DNA of 64,000 nucleotides from Octopus sinensis (Eukaryota): NCBI RefSeq assembly GCF_006345805.1, contig NC_043011.1, positions 57,920,464 to 57,984,463 of the forward strand, read 5' to 3'. Shown piece by piece: positions 26,221 to 39,417 of this stretch (position 1 is its first letter; each line of letters starts with the position of its first letter). The notes under the pieces were generated by a model. It saw only the letters and a program-made list of their open reading frames with translations, ran no database searches and was not told where the DNA came from. The position numbers and the translations under genes were made by a program.

Positions 26221-26781
26221 GTTATTGATACACTCAAAAATTGCTGCACGAATTGTCAAGCAACCACCTTCCAACGGATAGGTAAGATTAACAGCTGTAT
26301 ATCTATGGCATCGTGGTATAACAAAACGATATTAGTTAATATAGATATGGCTAAAGAGGAAGTGGAATTGTAAAGGTTGTAACGTTTTTCTTCGTAGTTA
26401 AAATTCGATCAAAGCTTATATTAGATTTAGTTTCGGCTCCAGCATCGCTTCCCTCCTTCTATGCATCAATGTCTTACGTGTTACCATATCCGACATCATC
26501 CACTTTAACTCTTCATCCCCCACTAAAATCTTCCAACCTTGCATTAGCCACTTTCAATCTTGACACTAAACTCCAAATACTGCGAAGATTCCGAACAATA
26601 CACCAAACATCACTCTCTAAACACCATTCAAGAACCTCACATTTCAAACATCGCACTGCAAAGGTTACACTCGAAAAACTCCAAACACTCTAAATTCTAG
26701 ACATTCTAAGATTTATACTCCAAATTTCACATTCTAAATACTCTATAACTCTCTGAAGAGAGACATCGAAATCATTCTGCT

Positions 26782-26940
26782 ATTTTTTCTCTCCTTGTTT
26801 TTTCCTGCGTTCCTTTCTGTAGAAGAGCGTAGGTTCGAAACGTAATAGACTTTTTCTTTTCCTGAGCGTTATACTAATACATCTGTTTGTTTAGTACACC
26901 ACCTGTCTTCGTCTTTTGCTTTTTTCCTAAACTCTCCCTA
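26782..26940 (+). mobile_element. Repeat family F, copy 2, preceded by a possible decayed Penelope-like 3' end (~26460-26775)
   Basis: Family F identity; upstream frame reads ...IIHFNSSS... and ends in CUGAAGA GA gaca UC GAAA (26753-26771). Confidence 0.7.
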
Positions 26941-27499
26941 AGGAAATGGGTTGGACAGGTCTATATATACACAACACACTATTCTTATCAACAAAACATC
27001 ATCGTAGCCAACTAGCCGTTTCTTAATTATAAGCAGCACTCTTCTAGAACACTTCGAATCACTTCTTGGCTTATCATTATCACCGAGGATCCCTCCTGGA
27101 GAAATGCCTCCATAACAGAGCAATGGTTGTCTCCCAACGTCTCGGCTTTCTCTTCAAGGGTAGAAGCTTCTTAAGCTATTCCAAACCCAACAGTTATACA
27201 TATAGTCAAGATAGTTCCAATGAAACCCTCAAAAGAGTATTTCTCTCAGGCATGGCATTGTACTACTGCTGCTAAGCACGTATACATCCTAGATTGCCTG
27301 CACAAAAAGCTACCCGGCTCAGAGAGATGTTCTGACCTTTGACTCACGGACTTGTCTCGCCTCTCTCTGTCTTTTATACTGCATCTTTTATAGCCTCCTC
27401 CAGATGAATCTGTCCGGATTCATGTGATCTCCAGCCGTGCGTACAGCTTCCACTCATCTTCTCTCCTCTCATCATCATTAGACTGCAGCCATAATGGGC

Positions 27500-27805
27500 T
27501 GAACCAATCAATCGCAAAACATGCTTTAATCCTGGTACCTAATATACCGGTCTCTTTGGCCCATGTTTACGGGGAGGTAACTGGTTATCATGCGGAGATG
27601 GATGACAAAAATAGGCTCAAAGACACACACACACACACACACACACGCGCACACACACACACACACACACATACACACACACAAGGCAGGCTTCGTTCAG
27701 CGTCGGTCTACTATATCCACTCGCAGGGATTTAATCGGCCCGAGGCTAGAGTGGGGGACACTTGCTCAAGATGACATGCGGAAGGACTGAAACCGGAACC
27801 CTCCA
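27500..27805 (-). mobile_element. SINE family A, strongly diverged
   Basis: ggcccgaggctagag...gacacttgctcaag...ggactgaaaccggaacc with internal (CA)n. Confidence 0.6.
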
Positions 27806-28264
27806 GACTTGACATGGTATTTTTGATTTAAATAATATCGGCTCTTAATACGCATGCTCAATACGTGTGGCACAACTTCTTATAAAAGACTGTCAGACGA
27901 ACCCATTCCTTGGTGTGTAATAAACGTTTTGCGTTGCTTCAATGTTTATTATTAGTAAATAACCACGATTGCCAGGAAACATTTGACTGAACAAGACGAA
28001 TAATTTGTTTTATCTTAAAACAGAGCCAGCGATGAGAGCAATAACTTGTTCATTAGAGTTTAATACTACAATAGTGTTATGTATGTAATAACTGCACATT
28101 GAATAGTTAAAAGGCTGGAATGTAACCGAGGCAAATGGAAAACCACATGAGATAAATGTCTTTGATATTGGGTAATGTTTTCGTAGGAAGTTTTATTGAA
28201 GAATCTCTGAGAAGAGAATTAAACATGGGCGTGCGAGTTATTTGATAAAGCTATACACGTACGT

Positions 28265-28401
28265 ACGTATGTATGTATGTATGTATGTATGTATGTATGT
28301 ATGTATGTATGTATGTATGTATGTATGTATGTATGTATGTATGTATGCATGAATGCATATATGTATTTCAGCATGTATGCATGCATGTATGTACAACATT
28401 A

Positions 28402-28438
<37 letters not shown>

Positions 28439-28455
28439 TTCTCTCTCTATCTATC
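28265..28455. repeat. (ATGT)n, (CT)n and (ATCT)n compound microsatellite
   Basis: Direct inspection. Confidence 0.9.
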
Positions 28456-28919
28456 TATCTATCTATCTATCTATCAATCTAAATACACACACACGTATAC
28501 ACGTACAAACACATAGATGTAGTATTATATATATATATATAAATATATCTATATATATATATTATTATATATCAGTACGTATATTTATATACATGTATAT
28601 ATGTACTTGAAATTATATCCCGCCCGTGTGTGTGTAAGTGGTGTGGTTCATTCATACACAAATTCGCACACATCTAAGCATATATGTCTCTTGACACCCG
28701 ACAAGGTGCGTTCTCAGACCTGCCGACGAAACTTTAATTCGTAGGAAGCTAAATCAAAATTGTTAGTAAATAACATACGTTACTCATATTAAATATGTTG
28801 AATGGTTGAGTGCGGCTGTCTTCCATTTGTCCACCCATATAGATAAATAAATAAATAAACATATGTATATATATATGTGTGTATATATGCATACATATAT
28901 GTACATACTTACATCTATA

Positions 28920-28963
<44 letters not shown>

Positions 28964-28969
28964 TATATA

Positions 28970-29000
<31 letters not shown>

Positions 29001-29336
29001 GAATAGATATATACACATACATAAATATATATTCATATGTGGGCACAGGACGTCACGAAACGTTAAAACAAAAATAAAACGAAGTACGAGTACATGGAAT
29101 ATGAACTAATTTTTCGAACATATATATATGTGTGCGTGTGTATGTGTGAGTGTGTGTATATATATATTACACACACACACTTTTACATATATGGACACAC
29201 ACACAAAACACAGAACCACACACACATATATATGTATATATTTAGATGTGTATATATATATATATATATATAATATATAGATATATATATTATTATATAT
29301 TATATATATATATATATATATGTATATATCTACATG

Positions 29337-29378
<42 letters not shown>

Positions 29379-30152
29379 TATATGTAAATATCTACATGTA
29401 TATATATATATAGATATTATACATACATACATATCATGTAAAGATATAAGTTTGAGTATGGCGACCATACTTGCTATGCGAGTGAACCGTCTGAGCTAAA
29501 CACTGACAATTTTTCTTCTAATTATTGCATTTAACGGCAGCGTAGATATTTGTGATGTCAAAAGCAACGGAAATAATGAAACACGTCTCATTATTAGCGT
29601 TAATATTCAGTCGGCGACCCTGTCTAATGAAACATGGCAATTAGCGTTTGTCAAAGTCGTTATCTATGTAATATTGATTTGTTTAGTTGAGGCCCAGACG
29701 CAATACGGCTTCTGACAAATGTATCGTCATTATTTCAAATCACAAAATAATATATACCGAGTTAGTTTCATAAGTAATATCGCGTTCATTATTGATTTGT
29801 TGAGGAGGAATAATAACATCTGCAACAAGAAAGATGACTAAAAGAAAACAAGAACAAAAGAAAGAAAACAAAACAACAAAAAGAGATGAAACTAGAATCA
29901 GTTTAGAAAAGTTTTCGAAAACATGGCGCAAAGTTTCGTGGAGAAAACTGTTGAACGAGCCTTAAAGAAAGAACTGCGAATGGATGAGCGAATGTGCCAT
30001 GAAAAAGTTGCGGGATTTCTTTAGAATTATTAGTAAAATCTGCCCTCAATGACAACTTAGTGTCTTATGTGTGTGTATGTGTGTGTGTGTGGTTGTAGGT
30101 GCGTGTGTCTGTGTGTGTGTGTATTCTTTTTCTTTTTCTTTTTTCATATATA

Positions 30153-30659
30153 TATATCAAATGTGAGGATAAAATTCTTTTCGAAAAAAATTATTTTCTC
30201 GAAAAAAATTTTATCAATGGCCAGCATATTAAAAAATACCTTTAACGGTTAAAATTGTAAACAATTCATAAATGAGGGCAAAGGAAAAAAAATTCTAATG
30301 CCAAATATGCCGAAAAATTGGACATATTGTCCATTAACCATATATTTTCACAGTACGCACGCCACTCGAAAAAAGGCTGACAGAAGTTTCTAAAAATTCC
30401 ATTATTACCATATCGGGCCGATTTCAGAGTTAGCAACTAAGAGCCCTCTCTTCATCAGTGATACATGTGGCAAAAGAAATAAATGAGATACTTACTCATA
30501 CCCATTGAAGAAGCGAATACTAAGTCATGGGTACAACTAAGTACCCAAATACATCCAAAATAGAAATACTCCATATTTTTTAATATGCTGGTCATTGATA
30601 AAATTTTTTTCGAGAAAATATTTTTTTTCGAAAAGAATTTTATCCTCACATTTGATATA
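30153..30659 (-). mobile_element. Element with ~86-bp inverted terminal arms enclosing a hammerhead (PLE-like inverted structure)
   Basis: 30153-30238 and 30574-30659 are reverse complements with few mismatches; 30739-30770 is a further inverted copy of 30541-30572. Confidence 0.7.
30406..30463 (-). ncRNA. Type I hammerhead ribozyme, fully canonical core
   Basis: UAUCA CUGAUGA AGAG (18 nt) CUCU GAAA UCGGCCCGAU A UGGUA; stems I (5 bp), II (4 bp) and III (4 bp, near-palindromic); predicted cleavage after AUA (30411/30410). Confidence 0.8.
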
Positions 30660-30851
30660 AATTTAAGCGTTCACTTCCGAACTAACTAACTCATTCTGTG
30701 AGAGTCTCAGTTCAAATCGCACGTGCCTCGAATGGGCTGGAGTATTTCTATTTTGGATGTATTTGGGGTAGGAATAAACGCGGATACAAAGACATAAATA
30801 TGTACACCCCCACACACATACACACATGGACATACTCACACACACATATAC

Positions 30852-31000
30852 TATGAGCTTCTACCAAATCCACTCACAAAGATTTGGTTGGTCCGAGTCT
30901 ATAGTAGAAGACATCTGGGCAAGGTGCCACGCAGTGGGACTGAACCCGGAACCATGTAGTTGGGGAGCAAGCTTCTTACCACACAGCCACGCCTGCGCCT
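30852..31000 (-). mobile_element. SINE family A, 5' half
   Basis: Reverse complement of ggcgcaggcgtggctgtgtggtaag...ggttcagtcccactgcgtggcacc. Confidence 0.85.
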
Positions 31001-31769
31001 GTACATATATAGAGGGAAATATGTATTTCTACATTTCAGACGTGATATTACTCTGCACCATGACACGTCGTCAGGAAATTTTCCTTGGATCCTTGAATGT
31101 TTCTCATTCTTGAAGAATCGGAGATATTGATTGATTAAATCCAGCCTGAGTTATCCTATGCCCAGGGGTGTCTACACTTAAGGTTATTTCTTCTCGGGAT
31201 CAAACCTGATACGCACTCACTTTGAACCAACATCTGTGGCCCGCAGACCATTCTGCTGATGGATTGGCCAATAAGCATCTGCTCTGCCTCTATCAGATCC
31301 TATGTCGCTTGTCGTCCAGTGTTTTGAGATAATTCACGCTGCTTAGATTATTTCAATCTCTACCTCTTGTTCGCTTTCTCAATAAGTTCATCACGAGGAA
31401 TAAAATTCTAATACCTGCTCGGATGCTTACAAGATCGGAACCCGAGCTGACCTTTGCAATGGTGATGCAATAGCTTTTGAAAATTTCATTTGATTTTTAC
31501 TTCAGAACCTCCCAGTTTGGTACCGATATCTGTAGACATACCGGGGGCTGTGTAGTCGTAGCCGCTGGTTTCATCGTTACACCAGCCTTGTCAAAAGTGA
31601 TGGTCTTCGTCGATGGGCGGAGTCACTTACCTGTGTTTACTTATCTCCCTGTGGCTATTTGATATGATCTTCAGGGAGTGGTCATTCCTTCTGGGCGTCG
31701 GCGCAGCAACTGAAGCCTAGCCAGGGTTCTCTCTCTTCAGGAACAAATGGATCTGGTGTCTTTATATAT

Positions 31770-31975
31770 ACATACATACGTGCATACATAATACATACAT
31801 ACATACATGCATACATAATACACATACATACATACATACATACATACATACATACATACATACATACATACATACATGCATGCATGCATACATACACACA
31901 TACATACATGCATACATACATACACACATACATACATACATACATATATACATACATACATACATATATGCATGT
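31770..31975. repeat. (CATA)n microsatellite
   Basis: Direct inspection. Confidence 0.9.
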
Positions 31976-32122
31976 ATGTACATTTATATGAGTATGTATA
32001 TTGCAATCCAATATAATTTAACTTCCTTTGATTACCTTCTTCCGCCATTAACATTTTAACAAGAGATTCTGAAGTCTTTTAAATACCATAACCAGGCTAA
32101 AATCTAATAAAACGTGATACAA

Positions 32123-32760
32123 CATGTCACAGCTACTGTTATACTTTCTTTCTAGTTCAAAATTATATTCTAAGTATCTTTTAAATTTGTCGGACTTTCT
32201 GATAAATTGTAGACTTTTCCCCGTATTCGTCTACAAGTTTTGTCTCCTGATGAACAATACAGATATTGTTTTGGTGTTGGCAGCAACACTGATGAATGCA
32301 TTGATATTTATTGTAAACAGTTTAATCCCCAGCTGATCAACGTAGGCCAAGCAATGTGATTAACAATTATGCGCTTCAGTTCCTTGACAAATTTATATTC
32401 TTGTATTTATGCTTGATATCATAGACAAGATTGTTTTTTTATATATTCACCCACTCATGTCTGAGTTTCCAGACAACTTCATATTTTTATATTCTTGCTT
32501 CAGTTCCTGGTCTATTGTATATTATTATATTCATTCTTGAGTTCTAAGACAAGTTTTATATTCCTATATTCATAGAGGTGTTCAAAGACAAGTTTATAAA
32601 CACTGTTTATATGTTACTTTAATTCTGTTCATTGATTTATATTTATAGATGTCAAATTAAAAGCCATGGCTGGAATTAAAGAACTGTCTGAAGGAATCTG
32701 TGACAAGATGGTAAATGCTTTCAGTCAAATAAGCAAAATAGAATGTGGGGAAATGCTTCA
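32123..32760 (+). repeat. Old local repeat family G, copy 5
   Basis: catgtcacagcta...gattaacaattatgcgcttc...ttcattgattt...tatagatgtcaaattaaaagc. Confidence 0.65.
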
Positions 32761-33908
32761 AAGGAAGGAAAATAACAATCATGTATTGAAATATTTCTAC
32801 ACGAAACCTTTGTGGTTACAAATGACAAACAAATAAAGCAGCCTGCTACGTCGTCCTTCAAGATGGAAGAAGTAGCAGCCAAGAGTCCCTCTGATCACAT
32901 CATATCGTCTTAGAAAAAACAAAAAAACACAAAAAAGAAGAAAAGAAAAGAAAATGAGGGAAGATAGCAAAACAAGGATAGATTTCTTAATGCAGACATA
33001 AAATCACAGAATGGAAGACGGAATGGTCAATGTTGGAGCGGTTCTGCTCCAGCTCAGCAACAAACATATTAAGAAGCAGCGTTGTTTTGTGTAGATTTAC
33101 ATCATTTGTATAATTCCTGGACTATCATTACAAACATCTCAGTCGCGTATGCTGTTCAATATGGAGTTTGATTGACGCCTTTAGTGCCACACATCACAAA
33201 ATTATACTAAATCTCATCTACGGCTTGGTTCTCTTTATAATACACATGTCTGTTAACTTTATTGTAACGTAAGTTTTTCGTCTCGAGGTTGATATATTGA
33301 ACATCTCCTTATGGACAACCTATGAACCGTTACAAAACCGCGAGATGAAAAATAGTTGATTTTATTAAACAGATAGGATCATCGACGTGATAGCCTTTTT
33401 TCAGGATTAATATTTTGGCCAATTTAAGTAAAGAAACTGTTCTTTGATAATGAGAAAAATCAAGTAGTGTCAGTCTACTTAGCTTCTATAGGTAAATCTT
33501 ATAAGTGTTTTGTGAGTCATAAATAATTATAAATCTGTCTAAACGGTGTATTTCACTGGATGCAAATTTATGACCAGATTAGAAATGTATCTTGATACTT
33601 TACAATGTTGTCTGTATCCTCATTGATCTGAACCAGATGAAAAGTTTTATTCTGTTTAAAAAGAGAAATTGAAAGTTTTGAATAACCCGTTGAAGTGTTC
33701 AAAGATCAGCTCTCTGATAATGATGCCCTTACGTTGTTACAAGTTGAAATACCATGAATATCCTTCTCAGCGGTTTCCATAAGGGCAAAGGTTACCCATA
33801 GCAGATGAATTGGTAGTGACGTTATTCCTCAACATGTAACCTAGGGCATCGTACTGTGTTAATGGTCAAGACAGTTAAATATTAAAAACCCTTGTATACG
33901 TACATAAG

Positions 33909-33953
<45 letters not shown>

Positions 33954-35262
33954 GCAAAAACAATTAAGATCCAAGTGAATTCCACTGAATTCAAATGAAT
34001 ATGGTACTTAACTTAGATGCACGGAATCATTTATGGTATTAACCATAAAATAATGTGGGGTGATTATAACCAAGAAAAAGCAACAAGAATGGATTAGTAG
34101 TTTAGTACAATTGTTTCATACAAAGAACAATTTTATTTGAAGCTGCAAATATTGCAGCAAATACAAATGTCCAGTATTCATCAGCTAAATCACATATATG
34201 TTTTCCAGACATCCTAGAGAGTTTGATTATCCTCATGAAGTATTAGGAGTGAGTTCTATGAAATTTAAAGTCAAATTATAAGCAGACTTAAATTGCTTTC
34301 TAATGATGCACAGTTTTATAAAAAGTTTTTAAAAAGATTGTTAACTTCCCAGAGAAGGTGAATCCATCCATAAAAATGTAGATATAATTTCTGGAGACAT
34401 GAGGAAATCTGCTGATCACACACCGGTTCATTTCACAACTAAGCTGTTGCCAACAGAATTTGGATTGTAGAAGCAAGACATTCCGCGAAGCAGATTCAGC
34501 CCAAATAAAGGACATAATGAGAGGAAGGTAGTAGAGGAGTAAGAAGACATAAATATACCATAGACAAAGGTTAGTTTATTTCTGTGGTGACAGAAAATCT
34601 AGGTCAGTGTTGAAGGAATTTTAGATTTATAAAGGAATATTGAGTTTGACCTACATCTGCTAAGAACTGAGGCCCTCACAGAGTTAATGGTAGGATAAAG
34701 AATACAGAGAGGTCAAAAGAAAATATTAAAGGGGCCAAAGGCTATCAGTAGAGGAAGAAACAGAAAGAAAGTTAAGGGTAACACTAGAATCGAAGGTTAT
34801 TGATTGTTTCTATTTTAACATATGTATATATTGTAAGAAAGGATTTTGGTCAACATCTAGAGGTCAAATAAGTTCAATAGTAAATGGTGGGAGAATTTTG
34901 CTTATTCAAAGTATATAGAGAAAATTACTTGTATTCTTAAGGGAATAGTATTATTTATTAAATTTAGAATAGAATTAGGGAATATTATCAAAATTTATAT
35001 GATTTAAGTTAGGTTAATCAAATTGACTATATAGACAATTAAATTAGCATCGTACAAATACTTGGTGTTCTTTCTTTCTAACTGTACCTTTTTAATTATA
35101 AAAATAAATAGTATTTCAGATTTTGGTGATTACTTCGATCCGGGTACTTGTTTAACGATGCGGTGTGCCATACTATACAAGAGTATGCGTCGTAGTTTTC
35201 CTCCTCCATCCACACAACCGTTTTGCAACACCATTCATATGCCAATACTCTTCCTTATATAA

Positions 35263-35493
35263 GGCGGCGAGCTGGCAGAAACGTTAGCACCCCGGGCGAA
35301 ATGCTTAGCGGTATTTCGTCTGCCGCTACGCTCTGAGTTCAAATTCCGCCGAGGTCGACTTTGCCTTTCATCCTTTCGGGGTCGATTAAATAAGTACCAG
35401 TTGCGCACTGGGGTCGATGCAATCGACTTAATCCGTTTGTCTCTCCTTGTTTATCTCCTCTATGTTTAGCCCCCTGTGGGCAATAAAGAAATA
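35263..35493 (+). mobile_element. SINE family B, full length
   Basis: ggcggcgagcTGGCAGAAACG...GAGTTCAAATTCC...gggcaataaagaaata. Confidence 0.92.
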
Positions 35494-36179
35494 AATATAT
35501 ATTATTAAAAGCAGAATATTATTAAGGAAACTTTTAGATAAGTGAAGAATCGTTGCGCAAATGACTAAAAATAGTGAAAAGTAGGGGAGGGGAGAAAATT
35601 AGAATTAATTAAAATTAATTAGATATAAATAGAAATACTTTTGATTACAAAAAAGGTGCGTAGATGGACAACATTTTGAGGGGAAATTATATAATTTGTT
35701 ATTAAGATTCTGAAAGAGACAATCACAGCGGGGATGACAACAACAAAGACTTTTCCCTTTGATACGATTCTAAAACTCTTATTTCAATTTTCTCTTATAA
35801 ATGGTTCGCCATAACAGCAGTATAATACTATATCCTCCTCTTCGTCGCTCTCACCGTCCTCGTCGTTCTCTTCCTCCCCTTCAACACCCTCCTTCTCCTC
35901 CCTTTCCTCCTACACTTCTCCACTCTCCTCCTCTTCTTCCCCCCCCCGCTCCTCTTTGTTTTCCACGCATCCTCTGTAATTCTAAAACCCGGCGACCATG
36001 CGAGGATTCCATTGAGTTCTTTACAGGGTGAATCAGAGCGATATCGACTCATCTTCTCTTCCTCGCAGCATGATGTCAGAGATTTCCCGGGAAGGCTTTA
36101 AGGAGGGGAGGAGGTGATACGAGGGGTGGTAGTATCAAGAAGAGGAGGAGAAGAAGGCGGAGGGACGAAGTGGGCGAAA

Positions 36180-36238
<59 letters not shown>

Positions 36239-36656
36239 GAAGAAGAAGAAGAAGAAGAAGAGGAAGAAACAGGAAGAAATGGTGGGGGTGGCATGAAACG
36301 GGACGACAGGAAGCAGAACAACAAGTGCAGCAACAGTCACTGTTCAATGACAATGAAGAGAGCATCATGATCATCATGATCATCATCAAGAGTAGCAGTA
36401 ACGACAATATTTGTAAGATATAACAAATATAATAATAATAATAATAATATAATAATAATAATATAAGAAGAAGAAGAAGAAGAAGAAGAAGAGGAAGAAA
36501 CAGGAAGAAATGGTGGGGGTGGCATGAAACGGGACGACAGGAAGCAGAACAACAAGTGCAGCAACAGTCACTGTTCAATGACAATGAGAGAGCATCATGA
36601 TCATCATGATCATCATCAAGAGTAGCAGTAACGACAATATTTGTAAAGATATAACA

Positions 36657-36725
<69 letters not shown>

Positions 36726-36774
36726 GATAATAATAATAATAATAGTAGTATAGTAGTAGTAGTAGTAGTAGTAA

Positions 36775-36817
<43 letters not shown>

Positions 36818-37075
36818 AATAATAAGAGAAGAAGAAGAGAAGAAGAAGAAGAAGAAGAAGAAGTAGAAGGAGAAGAAGAAGAAGAAGAAGAAGAAGTAGA
36901 AGGAGAAGAAGAAGAAGAAGAAGAAGAAGAAGAAGAAGAAGAAGAAGAAGGAGAAGAAGAAGATGAAGAAGAAAGAGGAGAAGAAAAAGAAGAAAAGGAT
37001 GATGAAGAAGAAGAAGAAGAAGAAGAAGAAAGAGAAGGAGAAGAAGAAGCAGAAGAGGAAGAAAAAGAAGATGAA
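36180..37075. repeat. (AAT)n/(GAA)n tracts containing a 231-bp-period tandem duplication
   Basis: gaggaagaaacaggaagaaatggtgggggtggc...gatataacaaat at 36260 and 36491; the units differ only by single-base indels. Confidence 0.9.
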
Positions 37076-37115
37076 GTGGGGAATAGGAAGAAGGGCATCT
37101 TATTCTGTTTTGAAA

Positions 37116-37303
37116 TCATTGAAAAGGTGAAAAGGTTCGTTTGAGTGATAAAATGACTTCAAGTGATTTGACCTTAATATCGCTTTGCTCTCCAAAAACG
37201 CAGCAACAATGACAGCAACCTTCATCCCAGCAGTATTCCTTCCATACACCTCTGCAATTTCTTTTGTCTCTTTTACCAAGTAATGGCTCACTATTTCTAT
37301 AAC
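37116..37303 (-). other. Candidate terminal exon encoding a dibasic-cleaved Cys-rich peptide
   Basis: Acceptor tttcattgcaatctaccgtttcag|G; frame YRNSEPLLGKRDKRNCRGVWKEYCWDEGCCHCCCVFGEQSDIKVKSLEVILSLKRTFSPFQ*; no signal-peptide exon found. Confidence 0.25.
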
Positions 37304-37725
37304 CTGAAACGGTAGATTGCAATGAAAATAAAAGCTCCAATTGACACCCACAGGGTATCTCAATGGACGACAAATTGATAGAAGCAATAGCTACTTAGGC
37401 ACGAAAAATTGCTCTGCAGCTATATGGAGTTTCGTGTTCAGTCCCATACTGAGGAATTATCGGCATGTTTAATTCTACCAAAGTCACGACCAACCAGTAC
37501 CTTGCAAGTAACTTTAGCAGAAGAAAACACTGAAAAACCTGTTGCGCTTATGTATAGACATATATATACACAACGATACACACACACACACATCTTTATA
37601 TATGTAGTTATATTTTCGTACGAAAGATACAGACCGCATAGAAGTGCTCAAGTTGAACCTGAGACGTTAGACAAGTATAATAAATAGAATAGAGATAGTT
37701 CAAATAATAAACTCATATGTATACG

Positions 37726-38149
37726 GATTTAATTTAAGATAAAAAATGTCCCCCAAAAATATATTGGTATATGAAAAATACATGTAAAAATATGAAAATA
37801 TATGGATATTAAAAATATATATGGGTATATAAATATATGAATATACAAACATATTAAAAATATACTGAAGTGTAAGATTATAAAAAATAATTAAAAATAT
37901 AATGAAGAGAAAATAATAGGCGTCAAAAACATAATTTCAGGTTACATATTAAAAGAAAATATTCCTACGGCCGTTTCTAATAAAACGCTTTAATAAATAA
38001 TCTTATGCTTCAGTATATTATTATGTTTTTATATTTATATATTTATATGTCCATATATATTTTTGATATCCATATATTTTGATATTTTTACATGTATTTT
38101 TAATATATCAATGTATGTTTTTTGGACAAATTTTATCTTCAATTAAATC
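37726..38149. mobile_element. AT-rich foldback/MITE-like element with ~155-bp imperfect inverted arms
   Basis: 37726-37880 (gatttaatttaagataaaa...aaaaatacatgtaaaaatat...tatactgaagtgtaagatt) mirrors 37998-38149. Confidence 0.7.
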
Positions 38150-38352
38150 AACAGATAAAATCCAAAGATACTCGTTATAGAAAACATTTTGTAGGGCACA
38201 AAGGATTCAAACTTAGACTCCGATTTCTTTATGAGGGACCAATTCCAAATGGAAAAGTGTGGCTATAAGAGGAATCAAGGTGAGGTGGCAAAGATTCTCT
38301 CTCTCGTTTTTACACTGTGTAAGTTTAATCTATTAATAAATAAATACGTTTA

Positions 38353-38566
38353 AGACGGCGAGCTGGCAGAAACGTTAGCACGCCGGGCGAAATGCTTAGC
38401 TGTATTTCGTCTGTCTTTACGTTCTGAGTTCAAATTCCGCCGAGGTCAATTTTGCCTTTCATCCTTTCGGGATCGATAAATTAAGTACCACTTGCGTACT
38501 GGGGTCAATCTAATCAACTGGCCCCTTCACCAAATATTTCGTGCCTTGTACCTAGAATAAAGAATA
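38353..38566 (+). mobile_element. SINE family B (alternative 3' end)
   Basis: gacggcgagctggcagaaacg...gagttcaaattccgccg...gccttgtacctagaataaagaata. Confidence 0.9.
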
Positions 38567-38693
38567 TCTATCTATCTATCTATATATATTATATGTATGT
38601 ATGTATATATATTGTGTATCAAACCCAAGCTGTTGTTGCATTTTGTTTACCTGCATAATTGCCTCTTTCTTTCTATTTCTCTTATGCATAGTG

Positions 38694-38724
<31 letters not shown>

Positions 38725-38828
38725 TGTATGTATGTAAATATGGTTCAGAACCAAGTGATAGTCGGGTACAGAGCAGTAACAAGAAATTAGAACGAGAAGT
38801 GATTAAGAGACTATGTCATGAACTTCAC

Positions 38829-38910
38829 TAGCTTGCAACTGATTCTACTATAAGACTCAATGCACTCTTATTTCAGTGCTTGTGTATCTCCCTGTAGCTT
38901 CATCGGAGCT
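38829..38910 (-). ncRNA. Decayed relative of the 6614-6689 hammerhead motif
   Basis: AGCU CCGAUGA AGCUA...UAGU A GAAUC AGUU GCA AGCU; several core positions are mutated. Confidence 0.4.
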
Positions 38911-39006
38911 TCAAGGCAGTAAAGTGCAATTTTATTTGGTGAAGCGTTTTTACACACACACAAACACTGACACACACACACACACACACACACACATTAA
39001 TACGTA

Positions 39007-39061
<55 letters not shown>

Positions 39062-39243
39062 ATATCTATATATATATACATACATACATGTGTGCGCGTG
39101 TGCGTGTCCGTGTGTGCGTATATATTCGCATATATATATGTGCATATACATCTATATGTATATATATATGCATACATATATACATGAATATATATGTATT
39201 CATGTATATATGTATGCATGGATATACGTTTCTGAATGTTTGT

Positions 39244-39417
39244 GCTTGTCCTAATGTCTGCTTTGTTTAGATCTCTGTAACTTAGCGCTCCGACAACGGC
39301 AGGAGATACAATAAGTACCAGGCCTAGAATAACCACGCTGGTCGAGTGTTGCACTAATTTAGCAAAGGCAGAACTCCAGAATGGCCACAGTTGAATGACT
39401 TAAACAAATAAAGAAAA
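39244..39417 (+). mobile_element. SINE family A, 3' half, diverged
   Basis: ctgtaacttagcg...aataagtaccagg...ctccagaatggccacag...aatgacttaaacaa. Confidence 0.6.

Noticed and set aside
31150-31740. Possible RTE-type LINE remnant or small exon with CAG|GTAAGT
   Set aside because: No diagnostic RT or endonuclease motif could be read with confidence
32247-32269. CUGAUGA followed by a 6-bp hairpin
   Set aside because: No GAAA, stem III or stem I; also no convincing C/D snoRNA termini
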